From NCBI GenBank assembly GCA_013115145.1, contig JAAPAO010000098.1, forward strand, positions 1-64,000: a DNA stretch of 64,000 nt, written 5' to 3'. Below are positions 51,651 through 63,911 of the stretch, in pieces. The stretch's first letter is position 1. Each line of letters opens with the position of its first letter. Below the pieces are notes generated by a model. The model made no database searches and was not told where the DNA came from. It saw only the letters and a list, made by a program, of their open reading frames with translations. The position numbers and the translations under genes are program-made. Source of the DNA: Perkinsus chesapeaki ATCC PRA-425 (Eukaryota; Protista; Perkinsozoa).

Positions 51651-51824
51651 ATGTTCAAAGGCAGCACTCTCATCATTTGTACTATTATCGCACTCATCGC
51701 GTCTGATGGTATCCCAGATGAACCATCTTCTCTGAGGAAGCTAGCTAACCCGTGTTCAGGTTGTAAACAAACTTGCCAGTGTTATCCTAGTCCTCGATCG
51801 ATTCCCTATTGTTGGTGCCCCTGA
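51651..51824 (+). CDS. Small secreted 6-Cys peptide, 57 aa (below ORF-track cutoff)
   Basis: MFKGSTLIICTIIALIASDG-IPDEPSSLRK-LANPCSGCKQTCQCYPSPRSIPYCWCP*; signal, short pro-segment ending RK, C-x2-C-x3-CxC-x9-CxC. Confidence 0.65.
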   Translation: MFKGSTLIICTIIALIASDGIPDEPSSLRKLANPCSGCKQTCQCYPSPRSIPYCWCP

Positions 51825-52001
51825 CTGATAGTGGTGACTACAATATATAAAGCAGGTGCTACTCCTCTGCATTCAGAATGATCATTCTGATTCCATCTAT
51901 TAAACCAGTAGCTACCAATACCTCTATTGTTGCTGTTTTTCAGACCAGCTAGCATAGTGTCGACTGTTTAAAACCCACATGAGAGGCGGTGCTCTTCTAA
52001 A

Positions 52002-54100
52002 TTAGAAGTTATAATGCTTGGCTGAGCCAGCTGGCTCGCAGTGGGCTTTTAGTTCGAATCTCATTGTTGCGTTGTCCTTTCGGTTGACTAACATACACGA
52101 CGAATAGAGCAATACCCGTTCTCCTGACTTTAGAATCTGGTGCCAGCATGGCTCAGAACTCACATTAGCTCTTATCCTGTGGCGGTTAACAAGCCCAGAG
52201 AGAGCTAACAATACTCATCATTCGTTTGTCGAATTCCTCCGAGACTTGAGGTTAGTCTCATCTCGAGAAATCTCATTAATGTACTTAATAGTGTCTCCAT
52301 CCTTCCATTGACATTCCTGCCATTCGCCTGCGGAAGGAATCGGCTACTTCCGTACCATGGCCCGATCGGAGAAAGAGGTTTGGAAGTCAAACTTGCAAAG
52401 GCCGTCGTAGGCGCTACTTTGGTGATAAGCTAGTCGACGGTCAGCTCGCAGGTCGGTGAGTGCGCTAATGCTAATGCGCATCCATCCATCTTCTCGAGGA
52501 ACCGTCGGAGCTTTGCGGTGAGTAGTACTGCGCTTGAAGGGAGACGTTGGAGCCGCGAACCGTAACAGTATTTCCTTTAATATCTCGAATTGACTCGAGC
52601 GCAACACACTGATCGCATACTGAATACGGTGGTGATGATGATGAAGTAGCGCAGCCATACAAACACACTTCAGGAGTGTGGCAATCAAAAAATACAGAGG
52701 GCCGAGCACCCTTCCACGGTCGACCCCAGCTTCACGCCAAGAGATCATCGTCGTTGAAGCCCTCCAAAGCCGGGTTTAGATTGCTGATAAGGCCGCAATC
52801 CCACACCATTTTGCGGAGGAGTATTAGGCTGCTGATGCTGCTGCCAGCGAGCCTGCTGCTGCTGAGGAGCTGAGTAAACCTGCTGTGCTGGTCGAGCACC
52901 CCATCCTTGTTGTTGGGTATTTCTAGGGCCTCCAATACTAGTAGGATAAGGGGAGTTATGCTGTGGTGCAGGGAAACTGCCACCGCTGCTGCTGCTTGTA
53001 TACGGTGATTGCTGTTGCTGAGGCTGCTGCTGCTGTTCAACATAGTTCCACGAACTGCTGCTCTTTGCCCAACTTCCTCGCGAATTCGCAGCACTCGAGT
53101 ATCCGCTGCTCTGAGCTGATCGACCGCCGTATGCCGGTGCACTGCTGCCACCAGGTTGCGGCTGCGAAGGTTGTCCTTGGACGTTCCCAACCTGTCCCGC
53201 GCTATACTGCTTATCCGCAGCAGGCCGTGGCGCACCAGGGAAGGGACTCGAAGGTTCGGAATTGAGGATGCTGTCAAAGTCCAAAGCTTCCCCATTTGCA
53301 TTTCCGCCGAAGATCGCCGCTGTGCTGATCTCATCATCCTCGAATAGAGTTGCCACTCCGGTGGCCCGTCGAGTGAAACTCGTATCGCCGGCATCAGCGG
53401 TGCCCTTGTTTTGCTTCGCTCCGCTTTTGATTGAATCTGACCGGCCTTCTTTACCACCTGCTGTCACCGGTGAGAAGCTCACGGACGATCCCTGAAAGAA
53501 CGGAGCCTGGCACAAGTGCGGGATGACCGAGCTTCAAGTAGAGCTCAGAAGTGAATCCATATGATTCGAAATAGTACATTTCGAAAACACACAAATGCAT
53601 TTTATCAACGACGAATAGCATATCCTACCTGAGCGTTCTTGGGATGAGAGCTATCTGCATCAGGAGTGCTGATGGCAAAAACCGCGGCATTCCCCGTATT
53701 CGAAATACCGTGTCCCGTCACCGGTGATGCTGCAGCGTCACCCTGATCAACGTTCAACTGTCGGCCGACGACGGAAAACTGTGACCTACCCAAAAATCAT
53801 CGGGAGGGGTTTGGCGCCCCGCAACGTCTGGCTTCTGCCCTGCAATCGGTGACGCTTCGGCTGACTTCGACGCCTAAAAGATTCAATCACTTTCAATTAA
53901 AACGAATGAGTTCTGTTAGCCTTTATTCTCGAAGATCAACTTACGAGGTCGGACCGACTCATAGACCAGCTAGCGAGGAAAATTGGTACCCAAAGCCGGA
54001 CGCGATGAAGGGTGATATACCGCTAAGTGAGACTCGAATCAAAGCGAAGCAGCTTGAGTCCAGAAGGAACCTCTCCTTGTATTTCCCCTCTCACTCGGAA
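52002..54100 (-). CDS. Multi-exon hypothetical protein with Q/S/G/P-rich low-complexity region (approximate limits)
   Basis: 256-aa open frame 52745-53515 with poly-Q/S segments plus flanking exon-like frames; no family recognised. Confidence 0.55.
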
Positions 54101-54401
54101 CTTAGTTCCTTTCGAGCTTTACTTTTAAAGCTTTTTTCAAAGTTCACAAGAAAATCAAGTGTGACACTTAAGTTTCCCTCAGGAACACATTTAGCTGCTG
54201 AATGTGTTCCGCCGTTTCCGTGAGGATGAACGAGTCTCCGCCCAGCGGTGAGTTAACAAAACTATCAGCGATTTGGTCGGCAAGATTCATTTGCTATACC
54301 TTTCAAAAATCTATTTCCCGAAAACGACTTCCTTATTAGCTAAATTGATGGCCTTAAGCGGGAGACAGATTTCTGGAAGGTATTATACCATCATCAACGC
54401 A

Positions 54402-57400
54402 CTATTTACCACACAAACCACTCCCAAGCCTACAGAGATTCCGACCCACTAACAAACCTACGGCAGCTAGCTTGGCTTCGCTTGAATGCTTTTTCAAAGT
54501 ATCCTCGTTCGACACCTCTGCTGTTCTAACGTCATCTGTGATGCCTTCATCGGCGACTTCGCAACTGTCACTAGAGAAATTGGACGGCTTGCGAGGAGCT
54601 GCGAGCAAGGAAGAAGTCTGAAAACCAAGCAACGAGTCCAAAATCGAGATTCCTGAGCTCGCCACCTCCAGTGACTCGGATGCCACGGTGGGAGCCGGTG
54701 CAGGCAGCGACGCTTCTGGCGGCTCGGGGGTACGAACTGTGACAGTAGAGGAAGGTGGAAGAGGCGGTCGGTCTGAAAGGACCATAAGTTGCTCATAGCG
54801 CAGCTTTGGGATATTTCTTAATGGACACACGACCAGGAAATCAACGGCATCCATTACCGATATCCGCTCCAGCATAGCGTCTGTAAGTCTACAGCGTTCC
54901 TAGTCGAGGAACTTTTGGGGAATTTGAAAATCGCAGGTGGTACGAGAATGAGCCGCTGGAAGCCACGGACCCCTCTCCCGTCCCCCTTTCTTTGTGAACT
55001 AGAGCAAGCACGGACAGTTCGATTTACATCTCGCACCATAGCAATTCGGGTCCCCTACGATCTTGCTCGGCCGACAACCAATCCGGACTTCAGTGAAAAT
55101 ATGAAGTAATATTAGTAATTAATAGTAGTAGTATAAAGTGATATAATTTATAATATAAATATAAAATATGGTTGTCCGCTCAATTTTCGTTGATGACCAA
55201 GATTGATGCAAGCAGCGTGGCGGAGGTTCATTCTCACCAATCGAAAAATGCCGATAAACCAGCCGATCAGCGTCCCGTTCCCGCAGTCGCGTTATTCACC
55301 CACCAGCATTAATCTTCTCCATCTCCGCCAGCTTCTGGCTCTTCTCGGCGATCTCCTGCTCCTGCGCCGCCGACCGAGACTTGGCATCCTCCAGCGCCTT
55401 GTCGGCTTGCTCTGACCGTTGCTGCTCCCTCGAAAGATTCTCAGTCAGCTCCGTCCTACACAACGACTACCCAAATAGCAGAGGAGGAGTTAATCACCTT
55501 TCGTTTCGGAGAGCAACAACTTCCTGCCGTAGCTGCTGGAGTTCTTGTGCCAGTCCCGAACTTTTATTTTTCTCAACCTCCAGCTCGGAACGGAGATCTG
55601 GATCTGATGGAAAAGCGCGCCCAATGGAGCTCATCGATAGACCGCGATGGTGATTAGACAGTCCGAGGTATGTTTCGCCAGGAACACGGGGCGACCCGTG
55701 ACTTTCTATTACACTATTTCGTACCGCTTCGACCTTGAATCACGAGTGCAGTAAAGTGGAGAGCTACGGTATGATACGCCTTAGAGGACCAAGAATACGT
55801 CAGCAGATCTGCTCCCACGCCAGAGGTTGAAAAATAAGACGCTTTTGTGATCCCCTGGAGAAACAAGCACAAAGTGTACCAAATTGTAGCTAGCAGGAAG
55901 TCCCCAAAAAAATTTTTACTGGCCACCGAAGAGAAAAATCTTTACTGCACGATTATGGCTTAAATCTGATTATGATCTTACAGTCGGGAGCTCTTGGCGA
56001 CCTCGGCGAATCCGATGATACCGATCTTGGTGAGAGCGGAGATGACTTAAGATGGTCCAACTCGAAGTTGAGCGCATTCCTGAACAGGGAATACAAAACC
56101 TTCCGATACTCGACCCGGCGATTTCAAAATTAGAAATCACTTGACTGAGAACTTCTCAATGAGATAGATCTGAGCTTGGAACTTCTCAGATTGTTCGAGT
56201 TCCAGTGAATTTATATCGGTACAAGCTAACATTGGGACGCGTCCGATAGCCAAATCAGGAACAACAATCACGGAACACCCAAAATCATAAAGAATCTTCC
56301 GCTCTAGTGTGGTGCATGGTTCAAGCTCGCCGGCATTATCTTACTTCTGGGCCTTAAGCTCTCTCACTTCAGCTCTTAGTCGGAATATAGTTTGCTCAGC
56401 ATTTCTCAGACTGTCACTCAGTTCCTGTTCCCGCTCCTCAAACATAGACTGGTCAGGCTCGGCTCGCTCCTAATAAAATCCATCGCTCCGCTCCGCCTTC
56501 CAGTTTTTAGATTATACCATCTCTTGCATTTCGATGCGCATTCTGTCCCGATCCTCCTCCGCTGCTCTTAGCTTTCCCGTCATGTCCGCCAGAAGAGCCT
56601 CCGATTCCCTGACGAGCGCCATTCATCCCAGAGAAGGTCCCGGGTTCGATCCCCGCTCGGCGCTTTTTGCTATTTATATTTCACTCCACAGTCAATACTT
56701 ATTCAATACCCGAAACAACCCTCATTCCCCTGCAACAGCAGCGGAGCGAAGCAACTCACTCATTCCGTTTTCGTTTCTCGCTGGCATCATTCTCAGCCTC
56801 CTCCAGACGTTTCTCCAATCCCTCATAATCCTCCTGATCAACCCATCACTCCTCCACCTCCCTCCTCCTCCCTACATCTGTGTGCTTTGCCGTTTTTTCA
56901 AAGACCGGCTCCGTCTGAGTTTTCCTGCTTATTAAATCCAGCTCGTCAGTCTGCGCTGACTCCGGCCGACTCTCGGGTACCTTCCACGAAGCATTCCGCA
57001 CTTCCGGAACAACTCCAAAGCTGACCTCCGTTTCCGTGCCCGCGTCCACACCGCTCGGCTTGTCTTCATCCCGCAAAGTTCCTCCGATCGAGTCTCTCGG
57101 AGTTCCCCGAGGACTTGGAGCAACCGGAGGCTTTCCCGCTGCAGCGTTTTGACGAGAAAGAAGGTCAACCTACTTAAGGTCGTGAGTTCGATCACGATCT
57201 CGGACGTTTTTACCCGTGCTAAAAACTCCCTTCGCTGTCGCAATCGAGCTATCTGTTCCTTCTTCGCCTGAAAACAGCCAGATCTCTATCAGCGATATCT
57301 GAGATTTCCTCATCGAGTCGTTGCAATAAAGTCGCGAACTTCCGGGGAGCCAAAAACCCACTCCATTTTTTTGCGATCCATTTTCTGATGGAAACCCTCT
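54402..57400 (-). CDS. Multi-exon coiled-coil hypothetical protein (approximate 5' end)
   Basis: Splicing 57170-57213 and 56609-56759 gives continuous frames REFLAR|VDLLSRQ...DEDKPSG and LEKRLEEAENDASEKRKRNE|ESEALLADMTGKLRAAEEDRDRM. Confidence 0.55.
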
Positions 57401-59192
57401 CAACGCCTACTCACACTGGTGGCGACCTACCTAAAGGCCGGCCCTGAGAGATAACAGTAGACAGTAAATATAATCAATAATAATCTTTTCCACTGCGCAA
57501 AATATCTTGCACTATACTGGTACTACGATACGGTGACGTATTGACCAATAATACCAACTAACTGTACAATGTCTCTTCTTTCTACCATCTTCTATTACCG
57601 CTGCCGAAAATGACGATGCCGAGATACTGTGTGTGCTGCTATTAAGTCTATCATGCCTCCCCGTCATGCCACTCGGACTCGCTCCCATCATTCCAGTCGA
57701 CATGCCTCCAGGGGAGGTATCTCCTGGTCGAGGCATCAAATGGTCGTTTCGAGCAGGTGTTGTGCTCGAAGGAACGTACATGTCGGGTCAATAAAAAATA
57801 TCCGACTGCCAACAAATTTTACTCCCAATTTCACCGTGGGAACTTCAGCTATAAGAATTTTACCCACCTCCCTCGACGACAAGTTAAATTTTATTTTACT
57901 CTGTAAATGAAATAATAACCAAATATACTGAAGATAGATAACGTTACACTGCGGAAGCATTACCACAGGCGACCGGCGCCGCCGGGAGCGGGACCGAGGC
58001 GGAAATCTTCGAGATTCAATCCGCTATTTAAAAAAGTGGGAGTATAGACAGGGTGTTAAATTGACAAAACTTATTTTCCCTCCACCGTAAAGCAGTTCCA
58101 AAGTATGCTGTCATTGAAAGGTATACGTGTTCCAGTTGGCGAATCGACCGACGACATATCGATCAACCGTTTCAGGGTCAACACATGTGGCATGATCCGA
58201 TTTTAGCCGACAGCGTCCTACGCTCCTCCACGGTGGGAGGAACCTAAGAATTTCACCCACTTTGCACAAAGAGTCGTAACACCCAATAAACATACTGCCT
58301 ATGAAACCCAAATTACAAAGCAGTCTATTTACGCAATATATATAATAATTATAACACTTCCATAGAAGCAGCGGAAAATCTTGAACCTGACCCCCCCCCA
58401 GATCCACAACTTAACTCCCGGAAAATAAATGTGATGAAACTTTGTCAGTTTGAAACTCTCAATGGAAAAATAACAATGGTTACAGAGAATTGCAACGTCC
58501 TCGTCAATTCTGCATTTTCTCGCGCGCCACTAAATTCTTCATCATTTCGCATTCGACGCTGATGATATCGATGACGGTGTTCTCTTGAATGCCGTAACGC
58601 CCTCCTCCGGCGAGGCATGCTCGTCCTGGGTCAACCGACCGAGGCACCAATCTCTCTGGGCACACGCTACGTCATGATTATGAATAGCAGTTTGATACCT
58701 GACACGCAAGAAAATTTACCGAAAAAATATGAAATATATTTTTCCTGCCAATGTCTGTTATTTTCCAATAACGCTGATTACAACCAGTCTGGCTGTAATC
58801 AGTACAAAAATCAAAACCATTGAACGGGCACCTGAATCAGTGCCGTGGATGACCTGGCTGAGCCATAGTACCGATTTGAAATCAGTACCATGGCTCAGCC
58901 AGTGAAATCTGAAATCAGTGATTTCACGACCTATAAAGAATCATCCTTGAACACCTCATCACAGGCAAGCAACTCCAAACATTATTTGGAATTCGGGATA
59001 CGACTTACTATAATTTATTATACAGATAATTAGCACCCGAACCCCGCCTCACACGTGACATACCACCACCTATCTCTTACAAGTTCTGCACTACATTAAA
59101 ACCTGTCATCACCCCCAGCGCTTAGACATTTCACTGCGCCACAAAATTATTCGAAAAACTCCACCCCCGCGTACATGCTATCCAGAGCTGCG

Positions 59193-61122
59193 TTATGCAT
59201 CCGCAAATTGTCGATCTCCCGCTTCAATCGAGCCGATTCCTTCAGCTGCGCCGTTCGAGTACTCGCCTGCCCAAACACATTCATCATAGTCTATCACAGT
59301 TGGCAAAGTAAGGGTAAAGGATATGATATTAACTACAACTAGATAACTGAGATTCGGTAATTTGCACACGCTGCACATAACAAATAGCAACTGATGACTT
59401 TTGTCAAATAATATTTGCCCGGGTTGAATTTGTGTATTCGACAAATAAACTAAATTTGCATTACCGAGCCACTTCCGACGGTTTCATAGAGACTCGCCGG
59501 GCGAACCAAATATGCATTAGTACTGGTAGTACTAAGATTTTTCAGAGACTTAACTTACATGACTGTGGAGCTCGTAATATTGGAACAGTTATCGAGAAAA
59601 CATAACAAGTGACAATGATTTGTGAAGGGGTTAATCATATCTACTCCACACTTCCACACTGCTACCATAATAAAAATCTGGTAGAATCAAAATGGAATGA
59701 TTCACTGATCTAAAATAAGCTCACTATAAATATTTCAGATGAGAAGATCCATGCAAATATCATCTACATGTACGACTATCAAACACGTAGCATCATCTCT
59801 GCCAGAGATTTGAATCCAGAATCGAGGAATAGAAGGGCGGCAGAGATTCTCTGCCACCCTCTTATTTCCTTACCAACTCGTCATTCACCAGCCCCTTCAG
59901 CATCCTCGTATTGGTAGTCTCATCCTCTCTTTCATCCATCAATTCTCGGAGGACCATCTCCAAATGGGAACACTTCTTCTGTAAAACTCGCACCATCACG
60001 TCCAGATCAACCGCACCTGACGCAAACTCAAATCTCTCGGAAAAGTGTCTCGAGGATTTTCCCGGAAAAATCGGGAAATTGTCCTCCAGAATTGCACGCG
60101 CGATCGCCTCGTTCCCTCCAAAACCAGTAAGACGCATGGCGTCTGGTTTGGCAGGCCATCCAGCCAGAATGTGGCCAAAGGGTCTACTTCATCGCTAATC
60201 TCATTTCCATCCACGCCCCACATGAAAATTCATTCCCCTACAACTGTCCCTTTAATACTGCTAACATTTCTACAGCAGAAAAGGCAGAGAATCGCTCCGA
60301 AAGTTTTCTCCTGAGGTTCATGATCTCCTCACACCGACCGTTTAAGAGCACCTCCTGGTCCTCCCAACTTCAGTTCCGAATTTTCCCTCAGCGAACCACT
60401 ATGATAAATGTACTCTACAGTGCCCGCATATGCGACAGTCCTCCGAAATTTCACAAAATTTCCTCAAAAATTTTTCTTCCTCGCAGTTGTGTGGATCCCC
60501 CCTCAACACCCTGTAGACCCAGACAACGTCGAAACTCCCAATTGAGCTCACCAGAGCTCATATCTTCCTCCGATACTTCGCTATCTCCGCTGGAGCTAGC
60601 CGGCAGTCCTTTACTATTATTGGCCAACAACGTCCTCTCTCCCCCCGATGATGTATGATGGTGCGGTTTGGTTGTGTTGATGCCGCTCATCAAAGTGCTT
60701 AGCTTAACCTTCTTCCCCTTCCGAGATTTATGTGTCCCCGACGCTCCACCACCAACACTGCCTCCGTCTAAAACCAAAAATCACTTCACAACATCAACTT
60801 CCCGAAGATGAATTCCGGCCTTCTCGGCAACGTGTTGGAAACAACCACTCACCGATACCAATTTCAAATTTATCGACTCATTCGTAAAAGTCCAGCGCGC
60901 CAGAAAATGACAGGGGCTGTAGCGAAAAAATCGCACGGAAAAACCTTCAAGGCAAAATTTTACACACAGTTGCGGATCTAGATGTGCACGCCAAAGCTTG
61001 TACCTGCACGTCCAGCCGGAGCCATTTCTTCTACAGAGCGACAGCAAGCATTGAATAACAAGGCAGAGGCGATTCACCTCATGCAGAGACTTAATACTAA
61101 GGGATGTCATATTATCATTCAT
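59193..61122 (-). CDS. Multi-exon hypothetical protein (may extend to about 57.5 kb)
   Basis: Exon-like frames CRYKLWRAHLDPQLC, SRKGKKVKLSTLMSG, DPLATFWLDGLP, VRVLQKKCSHLEMVLRELMDER, VWAGEYSNGAAEGIGSIE (weakly MORN-like). Confidence 0.4.
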
Positions 61123-61163
61123 TAATGTGGATATTATATCGATATTCAGTCATCGAGGCTCGA

Positions 61164-61426
61164 CAACTGAGTTATACAGTTACTAAGGTACACTAGTAGG
61201 CAACTCAGTTATACAGTCACTAAGGTACACTAGTAGGCAACTCAGTTATACAGTCNNNNNNNNNNNNNNNNNNNNNNNNNNNNNNNNNNNNNNNNNNNNN
61301 NNNNNNNNNNNNNNNNNNNNNNNNNNNNNNNNNNNNNNNNNNNNNNNNNNNNNNAGTCACTAAGGTACACTAGTAGGCAACTGAGTTATACAGTCACTAA
61401 GGTACACTAGTAGGCAACTGAGTTAT
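61164..61426. repeat. 37-bp minisatellite spanning an assembly gap (N 61256-61354)
   Basis: Unit CAACT(C/G)AGTTATACAGTCACTAAGGTACACTAGTAGG on both sides of the gap. Confidence 0.95.
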
Positions 61427-61479
61427 ATTTTCCCAACGACTATATAACTTTATCATCATCTCTCTCCGAATATCTTTCC

Positions 61480-63911
61480 CCCTTCACTTACTCGTAGTTC
61501 CAATCGTAGCCACAGATATATCGCTTCGAGGCGCTCCTGCTGCCGGCATCGCTATCTCTTGCAGCCACGCATCCTTCAATTGCATTTGCAGTTGTTCACA
61601 TTCATGCCGAGATGCTTCGAACCTGAACTTACTATATAATCAAACCTCCAGTCGACGATCGGCCCGTCCGAGTCTCCCTAGTGCTCTACGCCACGGAGCC
61701 ACCGAGGGGCATCAAAAGTTCCCAGTAGGACTCAGGGGCACCCCCCGCCGGCCCCCCCCCCCCCTACAGCCGCCCCTGGTAGGAATGTGTTCCAGTTTCA
61801 TGTCCTCAGAGCATACTTTATGAAAAACATTCCGTCACATCTCCGCACTACGAACTCTCATCGGTATAGATTCCCAAGAGGCAAGATGATTCCATAGTCT
61901 ACACCCCGCTATAAAAAACCGCGCGCCAAGAAATGCCGGCCCCTCCCGCTAGTTCGACTCTACCACCGATTCCCTTGTATAAGAACTGGATAAGTCTATT
62001 CTACCGCAAGACATCACTTGATAAAAAGGTAATGCCCCACAAAGACATCGGCCTCCCTACCGGCAGAACTCCCGGCTTCATTGACCGCCACATTAAGTAA
62101 CCCAAATTCTGCGAGTGACTTCGTCAAATTTTCAAGTGCGAACGCATTGGCCTCGACCAGTGCCACGGAACAGTTCTTGGAAGTCTCCATCATGTTTAAC
62201 GACACTCGCGCACCACTTCTCCAGCCGGGGAGGTTCGAGTGGCTTCAACACCTCCCCCGACCGCCGCCGGCTGTCCCCATGACACAATCCTTTACCTTTG
62301 AGTCACTTGCTTCAATTGGCTCTTCAATTCCGCTACTTCTAATTTCTGCTGCATCATCTCTTGGAATTCATCTCGAGACACCAACAAAGATTCCTCCGTC
62401 ACACTTGGTGAGTACCTGACAAGTGCCACTTCAGCAGCAGCAGCAGCATGAACGAAAGACATGCCCCCCTACCGGTGACAGGGAGCTCACCACTGCACCA
62501 TATCAATATTCATATACACGCTAAATAGTAACTCAGTATTGCTANNNNNNNNNNNNNNNNNNNNNNNNNNNNNNNNNNNNNNNNNNNNNNNNNNNNNNNN
62601 NNNNNNNNNNNNNNNNNNNNNNNNNNNNNNNNNNNNNNNCCCTACCTAGACTTGTGCTATATAGTAACTCAGTATTGCTACCTAGACTTGTGCTATATAG
62701 TAACTCAGTATTGCTACCTAGACTTGTGCTATATAGTAACTCAGTATTGCTACCTAGACTTGTGCTATGGTCTCCTAGACCGGAAGTGTATAACTAACTA
62801 AGCTACTAAGGAGTATTATATTTCCATAAACCAATAGATACTGTCATTACACGACGACACTAAGATCAGATAGTAAAGGGAGTTCCAAAACTTCCTTAAC
62901 AACTTTAAGCTTTCTCATTTCCTCAACAAATGAACATGCCAGAATGAATCTTTGTGAGATTGTTACCTATAACGTGAAGAAGACGATCAGTTGTCCACGA
63001 AGTTTTGAAACTCTCTTTACAATAACTAATATATCAATTACATTAATTATATAACATAACACTACAGCATTTCCTCGTCATGTTTCCGACATGCGCACTG
63101 TTATTTCCTAGAACTAGAACTAGTTCTAATAGGCGTCCTTGTAATAGTTACCTCCAGGCTCTAGACGACAAGATGGTCCTCTCCAAAACTTCTTTCCCTT
63201 CAAACATAATCCGCCCGGGCAACATGCTACTAGTGGCATTGGTGACAGTTGATGAACCTGCCAGGGATCGAACCAAGGTGCACTGATGACAAGTCCAACA
63301 CCCTAACCAACTAAGCTACCTCCCTTCGCTTCAGCGTTATAAACGCCTCCAATAAGCCATGGCTGGTTGGCCGCCTCCTGTCCACATACACACCCTTGAA
63401 AGCCTTGATCTATCTCCAATTGCAATGAGTTGTTCCTCGACATCGATGTCATCGTCGTAGTCGCCGCGGAGCCCTTTCTCCTCGAACTCGTAGCAGTATA
63501 ATGACAGTCCGGCACCTGACAGGTGGAACAGAATATACTATATAATAGAGTAAGACTTTACAACTACTATTTATAGTTTACTATTACAGTATATATATAC
63601 ATTTCTCTATGTAACGATTTTTTGTTCAACCATTACTCAGAGCCTAATTCGAATATCACAATGGTTGATGAGGCATTAGAAAGAGCTCACTAAGAGCTTC
63701 AAGTTCGCACCTTACTTCACTCGTAACTTTCACGCGCCAAGAAAATATGAGGCATGGGCCATTTTTTCGCATCACCCTGTATGTAATCACACTTTTTTAA
63801 TAGTGCAGCACTTCTCTGCCTTCGACCAGGCAGCAGCAAGCGAGTGGCAGTATAGGAGTATTGCTGCGGGCTGAGCAGCCTTAAACGACACAGGTAGTCT
63901 GCTATATTCAC
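61480..63911 (-). CDS. Multi-exon hypothetical protein, 5' end probably at or beyond window end (approximate)
   Basis: Exon-like frames LEIDQGFQGCVCG...YNAEAKG|GSSTVTNATSSMLPGRIMFEG, ALVEANAFALENLTKSLAEFG, HECEQLQMQLKDAWLQE. Confidence 0.4.
62525..62768. repeat. 36-bp minisatellite spanning an assembly gap (N 62545-62639)
   Basis: Unit CTACCTAGACTTGTGCTATATAGTAACTCAGTATTG at 62642, 62678, 62714. Confidence 0.95.
63258..63319 (-). other. 62-nt GT-AG intron whose sequence is a degenerate tRNA body (not a functional tRNA call)
   Basis: GTAGCTTAGTTGGTTAGGGTG (A-box/D-arm) TTGGA-CTTGTCA-TCAGT, CTTGG-TTCGATC-CCTGG (T-arm) CAG; no acceptor stem; flanking exons join in frame. Confidence 0.55.

Noticed and set aside
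52002-54100. Assignment as RPA/Whirly/OB-fold protein
   Set aside because: No diagnostic motifs could be matched; left as hypothetical
1-62768. Regularly spaced 25-55 bp repeats as CRISPR arrays
   Set aside because: Units are head-to-tail with no unique spacers, no cas genes are present, and the context is eukaryotic; these are minisatellites
63241-63330. Functional tRNA gene
   Set aside because: No acceptor-stem pairing and a broken anticodon stem; treated as a tRNA-like intron instead
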